From: Amoebidium appalachense
Lineage: Eukaryota; Protista; Ichthyosporea
DNA: 64,000 nt
Reading direction: 5' to 3'
Assembly: GCA_963693365.1 (NCBI GenBank)
Contig: CAVNZM010000008.1
Span: forward strand, 6,644,830 to 6,708,829
Position 1 is the stretch's first letter; every line of letters begins with the position of its first letter. The notes below the pieces were generated by a model that was not told the origin of the DNA, did no database searches, and was given only the letters and a program-made list of their open reading frames with translations. Position numbers and translations under genes: made by a program. Shown here piece by piece: positions 18,741 to 30,833 of the stretch.

Positions 18741-20494
18741 GGCACATGAACAGCAAGCGCACAATCAACTTCGACACAAGACGAAGACACAAATGATTGT
18801 GCCGGCAAAAAGGCACTTGAACAGAGACTATCATCAAGGGCACTTGAACAGAGACTATCATCAAGGGCGTTCTTTTGCGAGATTGAAGGGTTCCTAGACC
18901 TAGGGAGGTGGGGGGGAGAAAGGTGCAAATGGTAGAGAGAGGGTAGGATGTGTTCCTGAATACAATGTACACATCCACAGCGGACAACACCATGCAGATG
19001 GTGTGAAATAGAGAAAGTACCAAGGAGCGGGGGGAAGAAGAGGGGCACGGAGGAGGGGGGGGGCAGGGGGAGGAAGGGGGAGGGGGAGGGGGGGGGAGGG
19101 GAGGGAGCGGGGAGGGAGGGGCAGGGGGGGAGAGAGAGACCGGGGGGGGGGGGGGGGGAGTGTGGGGGGGGGGGGGGGGGGGGGGAGGTGGGGGAAGAGA
19201 GAGGGAGGGAGGGATGGAGGGAGAGAGAGAGAGAAGGGGGAGATGGGTGGGGGAAGGGGGGGAGGGGGGTGGGGGGAGGGGGTGGGAAGTCTATAACACG
19301 GGGAAGGTCTAATTCATATAGAAGTACAAACACTACCACACACCCGGTTCGCACGAGACAGCGCTCATGAAAGTGTCTGCGTGGCCCTGCATGAAGCGCA
19401 CTATGTGCCTGGCCTGGGTCAGCATGTTGCTGGGGTGCCACATCAAGATCTCCTCTAGGAGGTGGGTGCTGGCAACAACACCAATGTCCAGATGGTCCTA
19501 TATGGGGTTAATAATGGTTAAGTCGACATTATTTTTATTTTTTTGTTTGACTGCGAAATTTATATGGAACATTCTTCAACAAAGGGTGTTACCATATATA
19601 GGTAGGGTTGATCATTTTGCTGCGGGACATTAGTGAACCAAGAGCAGACACTTTTAAGAGAGCCTTTAATCGAGGGACGTTGGAGAACGAAGGGGGGGGG
19701 GGTGGGGTGGGGGGTGGAGAGGGGGGAGGGGGGGACGTGGAGGGGTTCCTGTGCCTCCATAACTGAAACGGGGGGAAAGGCGGGGGGAGGAGGGGGGGGA
19801 TGTATACATGAGAAATTTGAAAACAAAAATTTGAAGTTGAGGGAGTGGGGTACTACACACCTGCAAGTTTTGCCCAACGCCTGGTAGGTGATGCACCACA
19901 TCTATCCCTGCCTGTGCAATTTTCTCTCGTGGGCCAATTCCGGACAGCATCAGCAATTGCGGAGAGTTGTAGGCCCCGCTGGCCACAGCTACCCCCCGAG
20001 ACGCCCTCAGCTCGACTTTTTCGCACCCGTGGGGGTTTTTACGGTCAAATTCCGACGCAATTTCGACCCCCACGGCCCGTTTTCCTTCGACGAGGATTTT
20101 TGTTGCTCTTGTGCTGGTCATGACGGTGAGGTTCTTTCGCTCGTCAATGATTGGATGGAGGAACGCTGAGGCGGAATTCCATCGGCGGCCGTTTTTCATG
20201 GTGAACTGTAGGTGTGTGTGGTGGCGGAGGGGAAGGGGGGGGAAGGGGGAAGGGGGGATAATGCATTAGTGATACATCAATACTCCGTAGTGAAAGTTTC
20301 TGAGGATGAAAAGGGGGTCCCTATCTTTTCCGTAGGGAAAAGGGTTTCAACCCTTTAACCTCTCAGGTGTGCCTCCCGCCCCATCCTTTTCTTTTTGGGT
20401 GGGGCTCCAGGGGGGGGAGGGGGGGGGGGAGATATTGAAATGGGTCTTGTCTTATCTCCGTTTCCGGCCTCTCCCCCCCCCTCCCCCCTCCCCC

Positions 20495-20527
<33 letters not shown>

Positions 20528-22383
20528 CGCGGGCGCGGATTGACCGAAAAATGTGCCCACTTATCTTTCAAGTGAAATCTTCCCAAACCTGTGGCTACCT
20601 AGCGGTGGTTGTTGCAATCCGACCCACACATACAAAGCATGTAGACATGAGTTACCATTAAAAAAAAATGTTTAGAAAGGCACAAAAAAACACTTCGTAT
20701 GCATTTGGTGTTGTAAACATGAAGAAGTGGTGTGTGTCCACAGCCCACACTTGCATAGACTCAACCGCACAGTGACCCACACTCACACCCCCACATGCAC
20801 ACGTACAGGCGCACATATATACAAGTGCACGTGCACACACCATTGGTAGGTCGCCATGGCACATCTGGACATATACAGGCACGAATTGTACGCGAGAGGG
20901 CAATGTGAGGTGCAACACAAAACACACAGCATATGAGCATAATCACACCTTCTCATACATCTGCAAGTATGCAAGCACGCTGACTCGTTTTACTATCCTT
21001 GATTCATCTTTTTGGTAGCAAAGAAGTTGCTATTCAACTAAAGTGAGCATCAGATCGTGTGCACGGGTATTGCAATGGTGTGATAAAAAAGGCATCGGAT
21101 GCACTAGAAGTTGACCAATTCAATTCCGCAACACAACCAACCACCACCACTAAAAAGGCAGTCGTGCCCGATAACCCTTCGCAAAAACTAAACACTCAGC
21201 CTGATGCCACAAAAACGCCCCCAGGAAGCAAGATGTAATCTTCCTTTAACCAGCTTCCTAACCCATCCATCACCATTCCCCACATCATTCCTGATAAAGC
21301 CGAAGCATACCTGATAGAATCCACTCCCAATCTGTCTCCTGCCGTTAAAGTCATCGTTTTTCGGACACCCCAGTTCTTCCATGGCATCCACCAGATCTCT
21401 CCCCATCCTCCCCGGGTCTGCCCCTTCGTTCACATGCAGCTCCCCCCCAACCCCATGGTATTCCAATGCACCTCTGCAGTTGTCCTCAAGACGCTTGAAG
21501 ACGGGGAGGACCGACTCGTATTCCCAGCCAGTGTTTCCGAGCGCAGCCCAATCATCATAATCCTCCCTCTGACCCCTATTATGAGACAAGAGATGAGGGT
21601 CGAATACTGATGGCATTCCTGTGCTATAGTTGTAGTTCGCTTCTGAATCAGGTGCAGGAATATGGAAAGCAGTGTGAGGGAGACAGTGTAGGTAAGGGGA
21701 ATCCCCATGTAAGCCTGTTCGGAGGGCACTAGACGCACACTCTTCTTGATGAACATTGTACGAATGCAAGAAGACATTCCTTGTTCAATTCCATTCTTCG
21801 ATCCCTTTTAAGCCCTTTTTGGGGGAGCTGGGGGGAGGGAGGGAGGGAGGGAGGGGGGGAGGGGGGGGGGGGGGGAAGGAGGGGAGGTTAATAGTGCGTG
21901 ACCTGTGTCTCTGCGCTTCTTTTTGCGTTAACAGTTCTGTGTGTTGGCGTCCTGGGCCAAATTCGCGTGCTTGCTTGCTTGCTTTTTTTGGAGGTCTGCT
22001 TGAGTGTTTGTGTACAGGTGTCGATGTCAACTATCGAACGTTGAGATCATGGTAGTAATCAATTACTGCTCTTACCTGATGTAGATCATAGCGTTGATGC
22101 TAGAGGAGCCCCCAAGGCCTCTCCCGCGAGGAAGAAACAGGCTCCTTCCGTTTAGATTCTTTTGTGGTGTGGACCAAAACCTCCAGTTGTACGTACGAGA
22201 AATGGGCAAAATCCAGCCCAACATGCTAGGGGTAGACACGAGCAAGCTTTTGTCTGTAGGCCCGGGCTCAACCAATGCCACCTCAACGCCCTTGTGTGCT
22301 GAAAGGCGGTTTGCTAGAACACACCCGGCGCTTCCAGCACCGACTACTATGTAGTCAAACGCTCGCTTGGAGGGAAGTTCCAT
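15264..22383 (-). CDS. GMC-family FAD oxidoreductase (choline/alcohol dehydrogenase-like), 8 exons: 22383-22076, 21575-21311, 20205-19861, 19497-~19345, 18533-18454, 17628-17389, 16411-16283, 15404-15264; one +1 frameshift in exon 4 as assembled
   Basis: [20 protein letters not shown] (FAD-binding GxGxxG), [58 protein letters not shown]...[11 protein letters not shown] (catalytic His/Asn). Introns are GT-AG. Confidence 0.92.
16517..16615. repeat. Intronic tandem duplication, 44-bp unit x2+
   Basis: CTTGCGTGTGTGTATTTGTCTAGCTCTATCTCTTACCCATCTAT at 16517 and 16561, with a partial third copy. Confidence 0.85.
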
Positions 22384-22697
22384 GGTGGCCAACCTTCGAC
22401 CGAAAATGCTCACTACCTCGACTTAGCTAGTGTACGTGTTTAATTTGGGCACGTGATGGGTTTGTGAATGGGTGTGTGTGCAGAAAGAGCAAGCCCCGTC
22501 ATAATCGTAACAGAGTCCAGAAAGTTCACCGAAGAACGCCTGCCATGCCGCAGTGTGTTCCTAACCCTCTCTCTTCCTTCCGACTCGTTCGCGAACGCCG
22601 TGAAGCTCAAGTTCCTCCGGGTGGTATTCACTGAACATTCCTAAGTTGTGTAAACAAAACCATATATGGTAATGTTACGCGCGTTGTTCCACGTTGT

Positions 22698-22791
22698 CAG
22701 GGTTCGAAGTTACGAAAAAAAATCGGAATTTCCGATATTTGAAAACACAGTTCCGAAAATCGTCCCGGCCGAATCGTTGAACGTCCGAGAG

Positions 22792-22823
<32 letters not shown>

Positions 22824-23678
22824 CCCCCCGGCCCCCGGGGGGAAGCTTCTCATGACTTCGCAGGTCTCATCATACACGGGGCATACACCACCCACACAAG
22901 CTGCACACGTACGTACTTGTCTCCCTGTCCCTGTAGAATGTTCAATGGCAGACCCTGACTGCAGCGCCAGCCTAGCACATGTACATGTTGTCACACCAAA
23001 CACATTTATGCACACACACACGCGCACACACACACAGACACACACACACATTCACACACACACAGCCGTGACACCACATATGCATCATAGCCATGCATGG
23101 CCACATGAAATACAATGCATATGCCTGCGCATATATATATAGGCCGGCCTCCACTTCAAAACTCCCCCCCCCCCAGAAATCGAACCCCATTCCCCCCTCC
23201 TCCGCTGCCCACCGTTCCCTCCACCAGTGCTGCCCCTCCTTCTCCCCCCACCGCCGCTCCGGCCTCACCCCCCCTCCCCCCCCCCCTCTCAGGCGGATCC
23301 CCCCCCCCCCCCCCCCCCCCCCAACTAGTCCTGCTCCCCCCCCCCCCCTCCCCCCCCCCAGGAAGGCCTACACATGGAATGGATCTAGATGCTCAGAGTC
23401 GGCGGCCACCAGGTGCAGGTGCCACGTGTATCACGATCAGTGGCACGCGTCTTAAATGGCAGGCAATACACACACTGTCACGGTGCACCACTGTGTTCCG
23501 TACAAAGACACACATGCACATACATACACAGCCGTGACACCACACATGTGACCTAGGCTAGTACACGTACACAGGCACATACTATCTCAGATCATGATAA
23601 CTGTACTACAAACGTGCACATGCATCCACTCTGTACAATCACATGCTATGCACCCACCCACCCACACACATGTACACA

Positions 23679-23735
<57 letters not shown>

Positions 23736-24258
23736 CTTACACTGCACACACACACCATGTACACGGCGCACGCACACACACCCCGTGGCACACACACACA
23801 CACACAAACACACACAAACACACAAGAAACCGTTGGTACAAACACACACACCCACACTGGCATGTACACACACACACACATACACACACACCCTGCATAC
23901 ATACACACCACACTGCACACGCTACAACACACATACATAAAAACACTGTACATATATACACACACACCATAACCGTTGACACAAAACACACACACACATG
24001 CACACAATTTCATACACACACACACACCGTGACACAAACACACATACATACACACACACACACGTGCATGATGTGCACACATGCACACAACATAGACACA
24101 CACGTACACCGATTACAGGCTGACATAAATACACACACCCACACCTGTACACATACACACACCGTGCATACATACCCACCACTCACACACACACACAATT
24201 GCAAAGAAAATACTCACACACACACAAACACAAACACAACCACCCAACGTGATTTTCT

Positions 24259-24289
<31 letters not shown>

Positions 24290-24343
24290 CCCCCCCCATA
24301 CATTCGATTTCTGCCTGAGCTTCCCATGTTGCTGCCTCAACTC

Positions 24344-24374
<31 letters not shown>

Positions 24375-25884
24375 CCCTCCCTCCCCCCCCCCTCCCCCAG
24401 AATTTTTAAATAAAAACAAGGGACACTACTTGACGGTTACTAGGTGCTGGTGTGTTGTCAGAGATCCAATTTATTTGAAAGGGTTGGCAATATACACATT
24501 GTGCACCCTGTTCTAGTCAAAAGCCAGGAAATCTGCCAGAGCCTTCTTTTGGGCTGCTGCCTCGGCCACCTGGGCCTTTTCCAGCTGCTCCCTGGCCCCT
24601 TCTACAGTCAACCCTTTCAGTTTGCCCTCTTTAACTACTGTAATTTCTTAGCCATTTCGTTCTGAAACTTAAGCTCAGCTTTCACGTGCTTCACATCTGC
24701 CTCTATATCCGGCCCATTCATGGCTATCATGAGCTGATATTGTGCACTGTCTGTGTTGTCATACGTGCTTTGAGAGAAGTCTTGATGATATTCACACCAG
24801 AGAAACCACGTTCACTTGTTGCATTACTAATTGGGATTATTCTCACAATGTTAACCAACTCAAGTACAGCAGCACAATATGATTGCAAAGTTTCTGTCTT
24901 ACAGAGATCGGCCCATGCCTCGTTCAGAGACCTATGCTCAACAGGTACATTTTCTACTTTAACCTCAAGGAGATGCCGGTGCTCAAAGATTATTTGTTTG
25001 GCACGTGGCCACTGATCTATCACATCTTCGGCGGCAAGTGGGGGTATATAATTCGTTCCGCCCACTGTTTTAACAGACCCATAGAACTCAGCGGGCACTC
25101 TAATCTTGTCGTTTCCGTATGCTTCGAGACTGCTTTTGGTAATGGGGAACTTCGATGGAACAAACACGTCCATAGCCTCAGTGCACTCGTCCGAGGGGAA
25201 TCGGTTTTGCAAGTTAATATCAATGAGTGCTTGCACGTATTTGTACATGTGATCCGAGACAACCGAGTAAACATCCTGCATCGTTTGCATGGGAGGTACG
25301 TGCATCGGGTGTTCTTTGTACACTACTTTGTTTTGGCAAATGGTAGCCTTGCAAAACGTCATAAGGTTGGCTACCCCCTCCGTTCCGTACGTGGTATTGG
25401 GACCAAAATACTGTTCTTCGAGCTTCAAATAAAAGAAAATGCGTGCACTGGGAAAAAATAAGGCCCCGGACACAGCGATTCACACAGGAACTAGATACAT
25501 ACGCACACATAGTATATATCCTCATATACACTGGCACTGCCGCACATATGTGTAAGAGGACGTGACCGTACGTATATACGTAGACAAAATGTATATATAT
25601 ATATATATATATATTGTGCATTAATGCACTTCATATTTCCCTTTTATTCCTTCAAAGCTTCAACTGCCAACACCCGGAAGGCCTCTAATAACCACAGGGG
25701 TTTAAGTATGCATTATAATTACATCTAGAGGCACAAATAAGCATGCCCTAGTTTACTGATGCGCGACGATTACGTATACGATTTTTGGTGGGCCTGCTCC
25801 AACGGAGCATTCCGATTTTCGAAGAGGTTTTTCGAAACGGGATTTCGACTTCCGTTAATGGGCTCCACCGTCTTTCGAACCCTG
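22698..25884 (-). mobile_element. hAT-superfamily DNA transposon, 3187 bp, internally deleted / non-autonomous
   Basis: Perfect 11-bp TIRs CAGGGTTCGAA (22698-22708) and TTCGAACCCTG (25874-25884). Perfect 8-bp TSD CACGTTGT (22690-22697, 25885-25892). TTCCGA/TTCGA subterminal repeats and an internal hAT transposase C-terminus. Confidence 0.95.
24727..25447 (-). pseudogene. hAT transposase C-terminal fragment (hAT dimerisation domain, ZNF862-like)
   Basis: NLQNRFP...IIPISNATSERGFSGVNIIKTSLKARM matches the hATC motif P.S.A..ER.FS....IKT..R. No N-terminal or catalytic core exons were found. Confidence 0.85.
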
Positions 25885-26734
25885 CACGTTGTGGAATGGA
25901 CATAGTCGCCTTGGTTGATTGGTTACTTTGTAGATCTTGAAACACCAATCATCTGTTTGCTGCTCATAAAACCGTAGGCTATTTTTTTTGGAGGCGGTAA
26001 GGCTCATGTTGCAAGGCTTCCAACATTATAGTTTTATGGTTACATACATAAACATATACAGCTTATAATCAAAATACATTTATATATGTGGAAAATTTTT
26101 AGCTATACAAAAAATTTACAGCTACCAAGCGGCCGCCAGTTACGGAGATGATGTGCATGATGGAGATATTGCAAATAAGATTCACGAATCATGAATCACC
26201 TATGAGCTCCCCTAAACGTATTTGGATTGGCTTATACTCCATGTCACAATACGGCAAGATCTCAGCGTGATCCTGCGGCGTGCAGCTGGGAAGGGAGCTC
26301 GTGTGGCTGGGCGGGTCTCATTGGGCACTCATTGATACAATAATGATAAAATATATAGATCTTTTGCCCTCATTTATAACTCATAATAATAATATACAAA
26401 ATTAAAATAAAAAGAAATATATGAATAAAAAGCCGTGGTTTGGAGCTTTTTGATCACCATTCGTATGCCTTGATTCTTGATCCCGGACCCGGCCCGGAGC
26501 CATTATTTGTAGGGGGAACCCTGTACAGCCAATCAGAAAACACAACAAGATCTTGCTTTATACCATAGGCGACCTTACGCGTGTTCAATCGAAGACCACG
26601 CTCGAAAGGCGACTATAATAACCCATAGCGTGTGCAGATCCTCCTCAGATTCGCTTTCTTGTGCTCGGAACTTCTTAGCAGTAGGTATTCTTAGTAGGTA
26701 TTAGCACAAGTTCTATTTCCGCACACAAACGAAA

Positions 26735-27451
26735 ATGCTGCAGGGTGCATCAGCCGTTGTCGTTTTCGCTGCCGCCGCGGCAGCAAGCCCACAGTTCTGC
26801 TACTCCAAGACATCGGCAACATGCGAGGAGCTCCAATGCCTCCCCGTCGTTAGCACAGCCGGCTGCAGCCCTGTGACGGCAAACTTCGCCGGTGCCACCT
26901 ACTACACCAAGTTCACCTCGGACGCCGGCAAGGTGACCCTTCAGGCGTTTACCGACAACAAGTGCACCGTGCCCTTTGGTGCCGTAGACGCTGCCTTCGA
27001 CCAGTGCCAGACCAACGTCCTGCTGGCCTCCCTGGCCCTCAACCTGCCTGGAGAGGCCTCCCCCGTCACCATCAAGTCGTTCGTTGCCCAGGACACCGTG
27101 GTTATTGACCCTACCACGAACGCCCCCGTCCCTACCACGGATGCTCCTAAGCCAACTACGGAAGCACCAAAGCCTACTACCACCACTACTGCTAACGCTG
27201 ATGCTCCCAAGACCACCACCAGTGCTGACGCTGCCAAGACCACCACTGAGGCTGCCAAGCCAGACACCACCACGACCGAGGCGACTAAGCCGACCGGTCA
27301 GGTGCCCGTTGAGCCCAGTGTGCGTGCCAACCCCGTGGAGGAGATGATCACCCCACAGAAGAAGGTGGCCCAGCTGGCAAACAGCGGTGTGGCTGCAGCC
27401 CCCACCATATTCGCTGTTGTAGCTGCTCTGGTTGCCGTCTTGCTCAACTAA
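26735..27451 (+). CDS. Intronless 238-aa secreted, probably GPI-anchored surface protein (Cys-containing N-domain plus Thr/Pro/Ala mucin-like stalk)
   Basis: Hydrophobic N-terminal signal peptide (MLQGASAVVVFAAAAAA), 6 Cys in the N-domain, (K)PTT(E/D)A repeats, and a C-terminal NSG omega-like site with hydrophobic tail TIFAVVAALVAVLLN. Strong GC3 codon bias; CCAAT box at ~26528. Confidence 0.85.
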   Translation: MLQGASAVVVFAAAAAASPQFCYSKTSATCEELQCLPVVSTAGCSPVTANFAGATYYTKFTSDAGKVTLQAFTDNKCTVPFGAVDAAFDQCQTNVLLASLALNLPGEASPVTIKSFVAQDTVVIDPTTNAPVPTTDAPKPTTEAPKPTTTTTANADAPKTTTSADAAKTTTEAAKPDTTTTEATKPTGQVPVEPSVRANPVEEMITPQKKVAQLANSGVAAAPTIFAVVAALVAVLLN

Positions 27452-28180
27452 ATATTAGATCAGTGTATGGTGGATATTTTAATTATAAGCAAATGGGAGA
27501 GCTGCACGTTGCAATTGACTAGCTGTAGGAGGGGTCGGTGGTCCTAGACCGATCAATATGTAACATATGTCATTGAGCGTTAGCAAACTTCTAAGCTGAA
27601 CTCGTGCACGGTGACCGTGCTCAGGGTCCCCATACCTGTATAATAATGTTCAATCACAAACTTAGAATACTTATAAACGGCGCCGGCGCCGTTTAAACAG
27701 CCTGTTGTACATGCTGAATAGATTTGAGATACTCACATCACAGCGCTGTCGACTCGAAGGTGTGGCATAATGACATAGTTTTTATTTCAGCAACATAACT
27801 TGACAGCGGTTCGCCGTGCGGTAAGTGCAGAATTTATATAGGTGACCATGGCTTCGATCCATATACATATATGCATATCAAAGGTTAATTACTACCCATC
27901 ATGATGAAGGCATTCATGGTGTTTAATTTGTTTATGAAACTAAAATTTGTAGGCCATGACTCTTTACCACACTGTTTTTTTATCAGTATTGGTTCATCAA
28001 TGATTATGTGCCATTTATATCTGTGACTGCTGACCAGTAAACCGTCGAAGTTCGGCAATATTAATGCTGAATTATCTGTGGTCACATTTCCACAACACTG
28101 CCACATGGCCCCTAACCTGGACAATGAAAGACAGCCCAGCCCCTTCCCGGGTCCCGGCCCGGGCCCCTGCTCCCGCCTAC

Positions 28181-28231
<51 letters not shown>

Positions 28232-28808
28232 ACCCTCATGTGCACCTCCTCCCCCCCTCCCTTCCCCTCCCCCCCCCCCCCCCCCCTCCCTCCCTCCCCC
28301 CTTTCGCTCCCCCTGGCGCCACCAGCACCACCAGCACCACCAGCACCACCACCACCTCTTAGTGAAATACCCCCCCCCCCCCCCCCCCCCCCCCCTTCCC
28401 CCCGAAGATTGGATACCTACCTAATTCTCTATGTTTTTGGGAATTGGATTAATCTTGGAACAGCTTGGAATTCTCAAACCAAATGCCACGTGGCCATGTT
28501 CCCATGCTGTTCAGACTCCAACTAGGGCCACCATTTTGCCATGTGCACCCTCTTGCACAGACCGACTGCGCAAACAGCGCACTCACAGTGTACCCACAAA
28601 AGTACATCACACACTGCGCACACGCACTGGACACGCATACCGTGACGCACACGCACACATACACACACACGCACACACACACACACACACACTCACATGC
28701 AAACACACACACACTCCTGCACGCACGCAAGCACACACGCCTGAACGCACGCACGCAGTGGCACACACACACATGCACACGCACATACACACACCTGCAT
28801 CCGCACAT

Positions 28809-28839
<31 letters not shown>

Positions 28840-29597
28840 CACGCACGCACAGGCGCACGCACACACACGCGCACGCACACGCGCACATACGTACGTACGT
28901 ACGTACGCACGCACGCAAGCACGCACGCACGCACGCATGCACGAATGCATGCACGCACGCACGCACGGCGCACGCGCGCACTCCGCAGCACACACGCACG
29001 CACACACACACACGGCACACACAAACATACACGCACTGCAAGTATGCGTACACATGTGCGGCACACACGCAGTCATTGAGGTGTGCCGAAGTTCCCACAC
29101 CAACAAGACTTGCCAATGGGGCCACCTGGAAACAAAAACACTAATCCACTGAAAAACAAAAAACCGAATTCTAACGAGAATTCAACCAGCTGCAGACTAA
29201 CTGACATTCCTCAACGGCCTCCTCTGAAGTTCTGAATATGTACCCCAACAGACTTCAAAAATCAATATTTCCCGTCCACCCTCAGGTGTTAAAACCGGAC
29301 AACTGACATGTTGGCATCACGGGAGTTCAACAGAATTTGAACACAAAACAAACGTGACCTCATGCGTAGACTTTGAAATGCGCATATTCATGTACACACC
29401 AGTTGGCAACACGCCTACACACCGACATCAACACGCCCCTTATGGTGCGTACACAAACAACACTGTACACAGAATCACGGTCACCCGGTCTCCAGTACAT
29501 AGCTGACAGTGTTAGCTTAGCTGGGGGTTACCTTTAACACCCTAACTAGGGTACAGTCCGTGCTGCGTGGAAGACGTAGTTCCTATGGGGGCCCCCT

Positions 29598-29637
<40 letters not shown>

Positions 29638-30303
29638 CCCTGAGGCTCCTGGAATAAAACGGAAAATCAAAGACAAAAACAAAAAAAGAAAACAGTCTAA
29701 CTGACAGTGTGGCACGTGCTTGTCAGTCACAATGTACGATATATCTTTCCTACTTCGGAACCCTGTCGCGCTTGGCTGCGACCACACACAATAATACTGT
29801 AAGGACACGTGCCTCTGACAACGTGAAAGCATTTGCATACAAACACAAGCCGTTGGAGTCCTTGGGATATCCAATGATGCAATGAAATGAGTGAGTCTCC
29901 GTATCTCACATACAAAGTTGCCATCGAATGCAGGAGCTGCGGCATCTGTAACTTTCGATACCATTTTCCCTCCTCCCCACCCCCCTCTTCCCCTTTTCCC
30001 CCCGTCCAAAAAAAAAAAAAAAAAAAAAAAAAAAGACAATTCCCCTGTCTATCGATGCCTCTTCCAAATAAGGTTTTGAATCCCCGGGAGGCTCAGGAAT
30101 CCATTCCCAGGTGCATAAAGCAACACTCATGCCTACTCCCAGCCACCACCTCTGTATGCTGTACGTGCACAGCCCATGTCTCGTATCTCCCCCCCCCCTC
30201 CCCCCCCCCCCCCCCCCCCCCCCAAACACACACACACACACACCCGCCCCGCCACCCGTCCCCACTCCCCCCTTCCCCTCCACCCCTCCACCCCCCCTCC
30301 CCC

Positions 30304-30364
<61 letters not shown>

Positions 30365-30513
30365 CGCCCCCCCTCCCGGCCTCCCTCCCCCATCCCGTCC
30401 CACAAGTTCCACACAGATACTCACAGTCAATCCACATATGTGCAAGGACACACACCGTGCCAAGAGGCACACAAAGACATATGCACACGCACACACACAC
30501 ACGCATGCACACG

Positions 30514-30601
<88 letters not shown>

Positions 30602-30833
30602 CATACGCGGTGGTTCTTACAGTTAGAGGGCCGACCAGGCACAGACTTCGGAACCCCAACCACAAATCACACAGGCCACTTCATACTAAGTCTTGCGCAA
30701 AGACCTTTGCTGGACTGCTCTTTTCACACACACATCAATACTATATAGTACCCAACGGGCCCGTGCTTCCGTTTCCTCTCCCAGTGGCATGTAACATCCC
30801 CACGTTCCCACCCCCAACCTCCCTCTCCGAACA

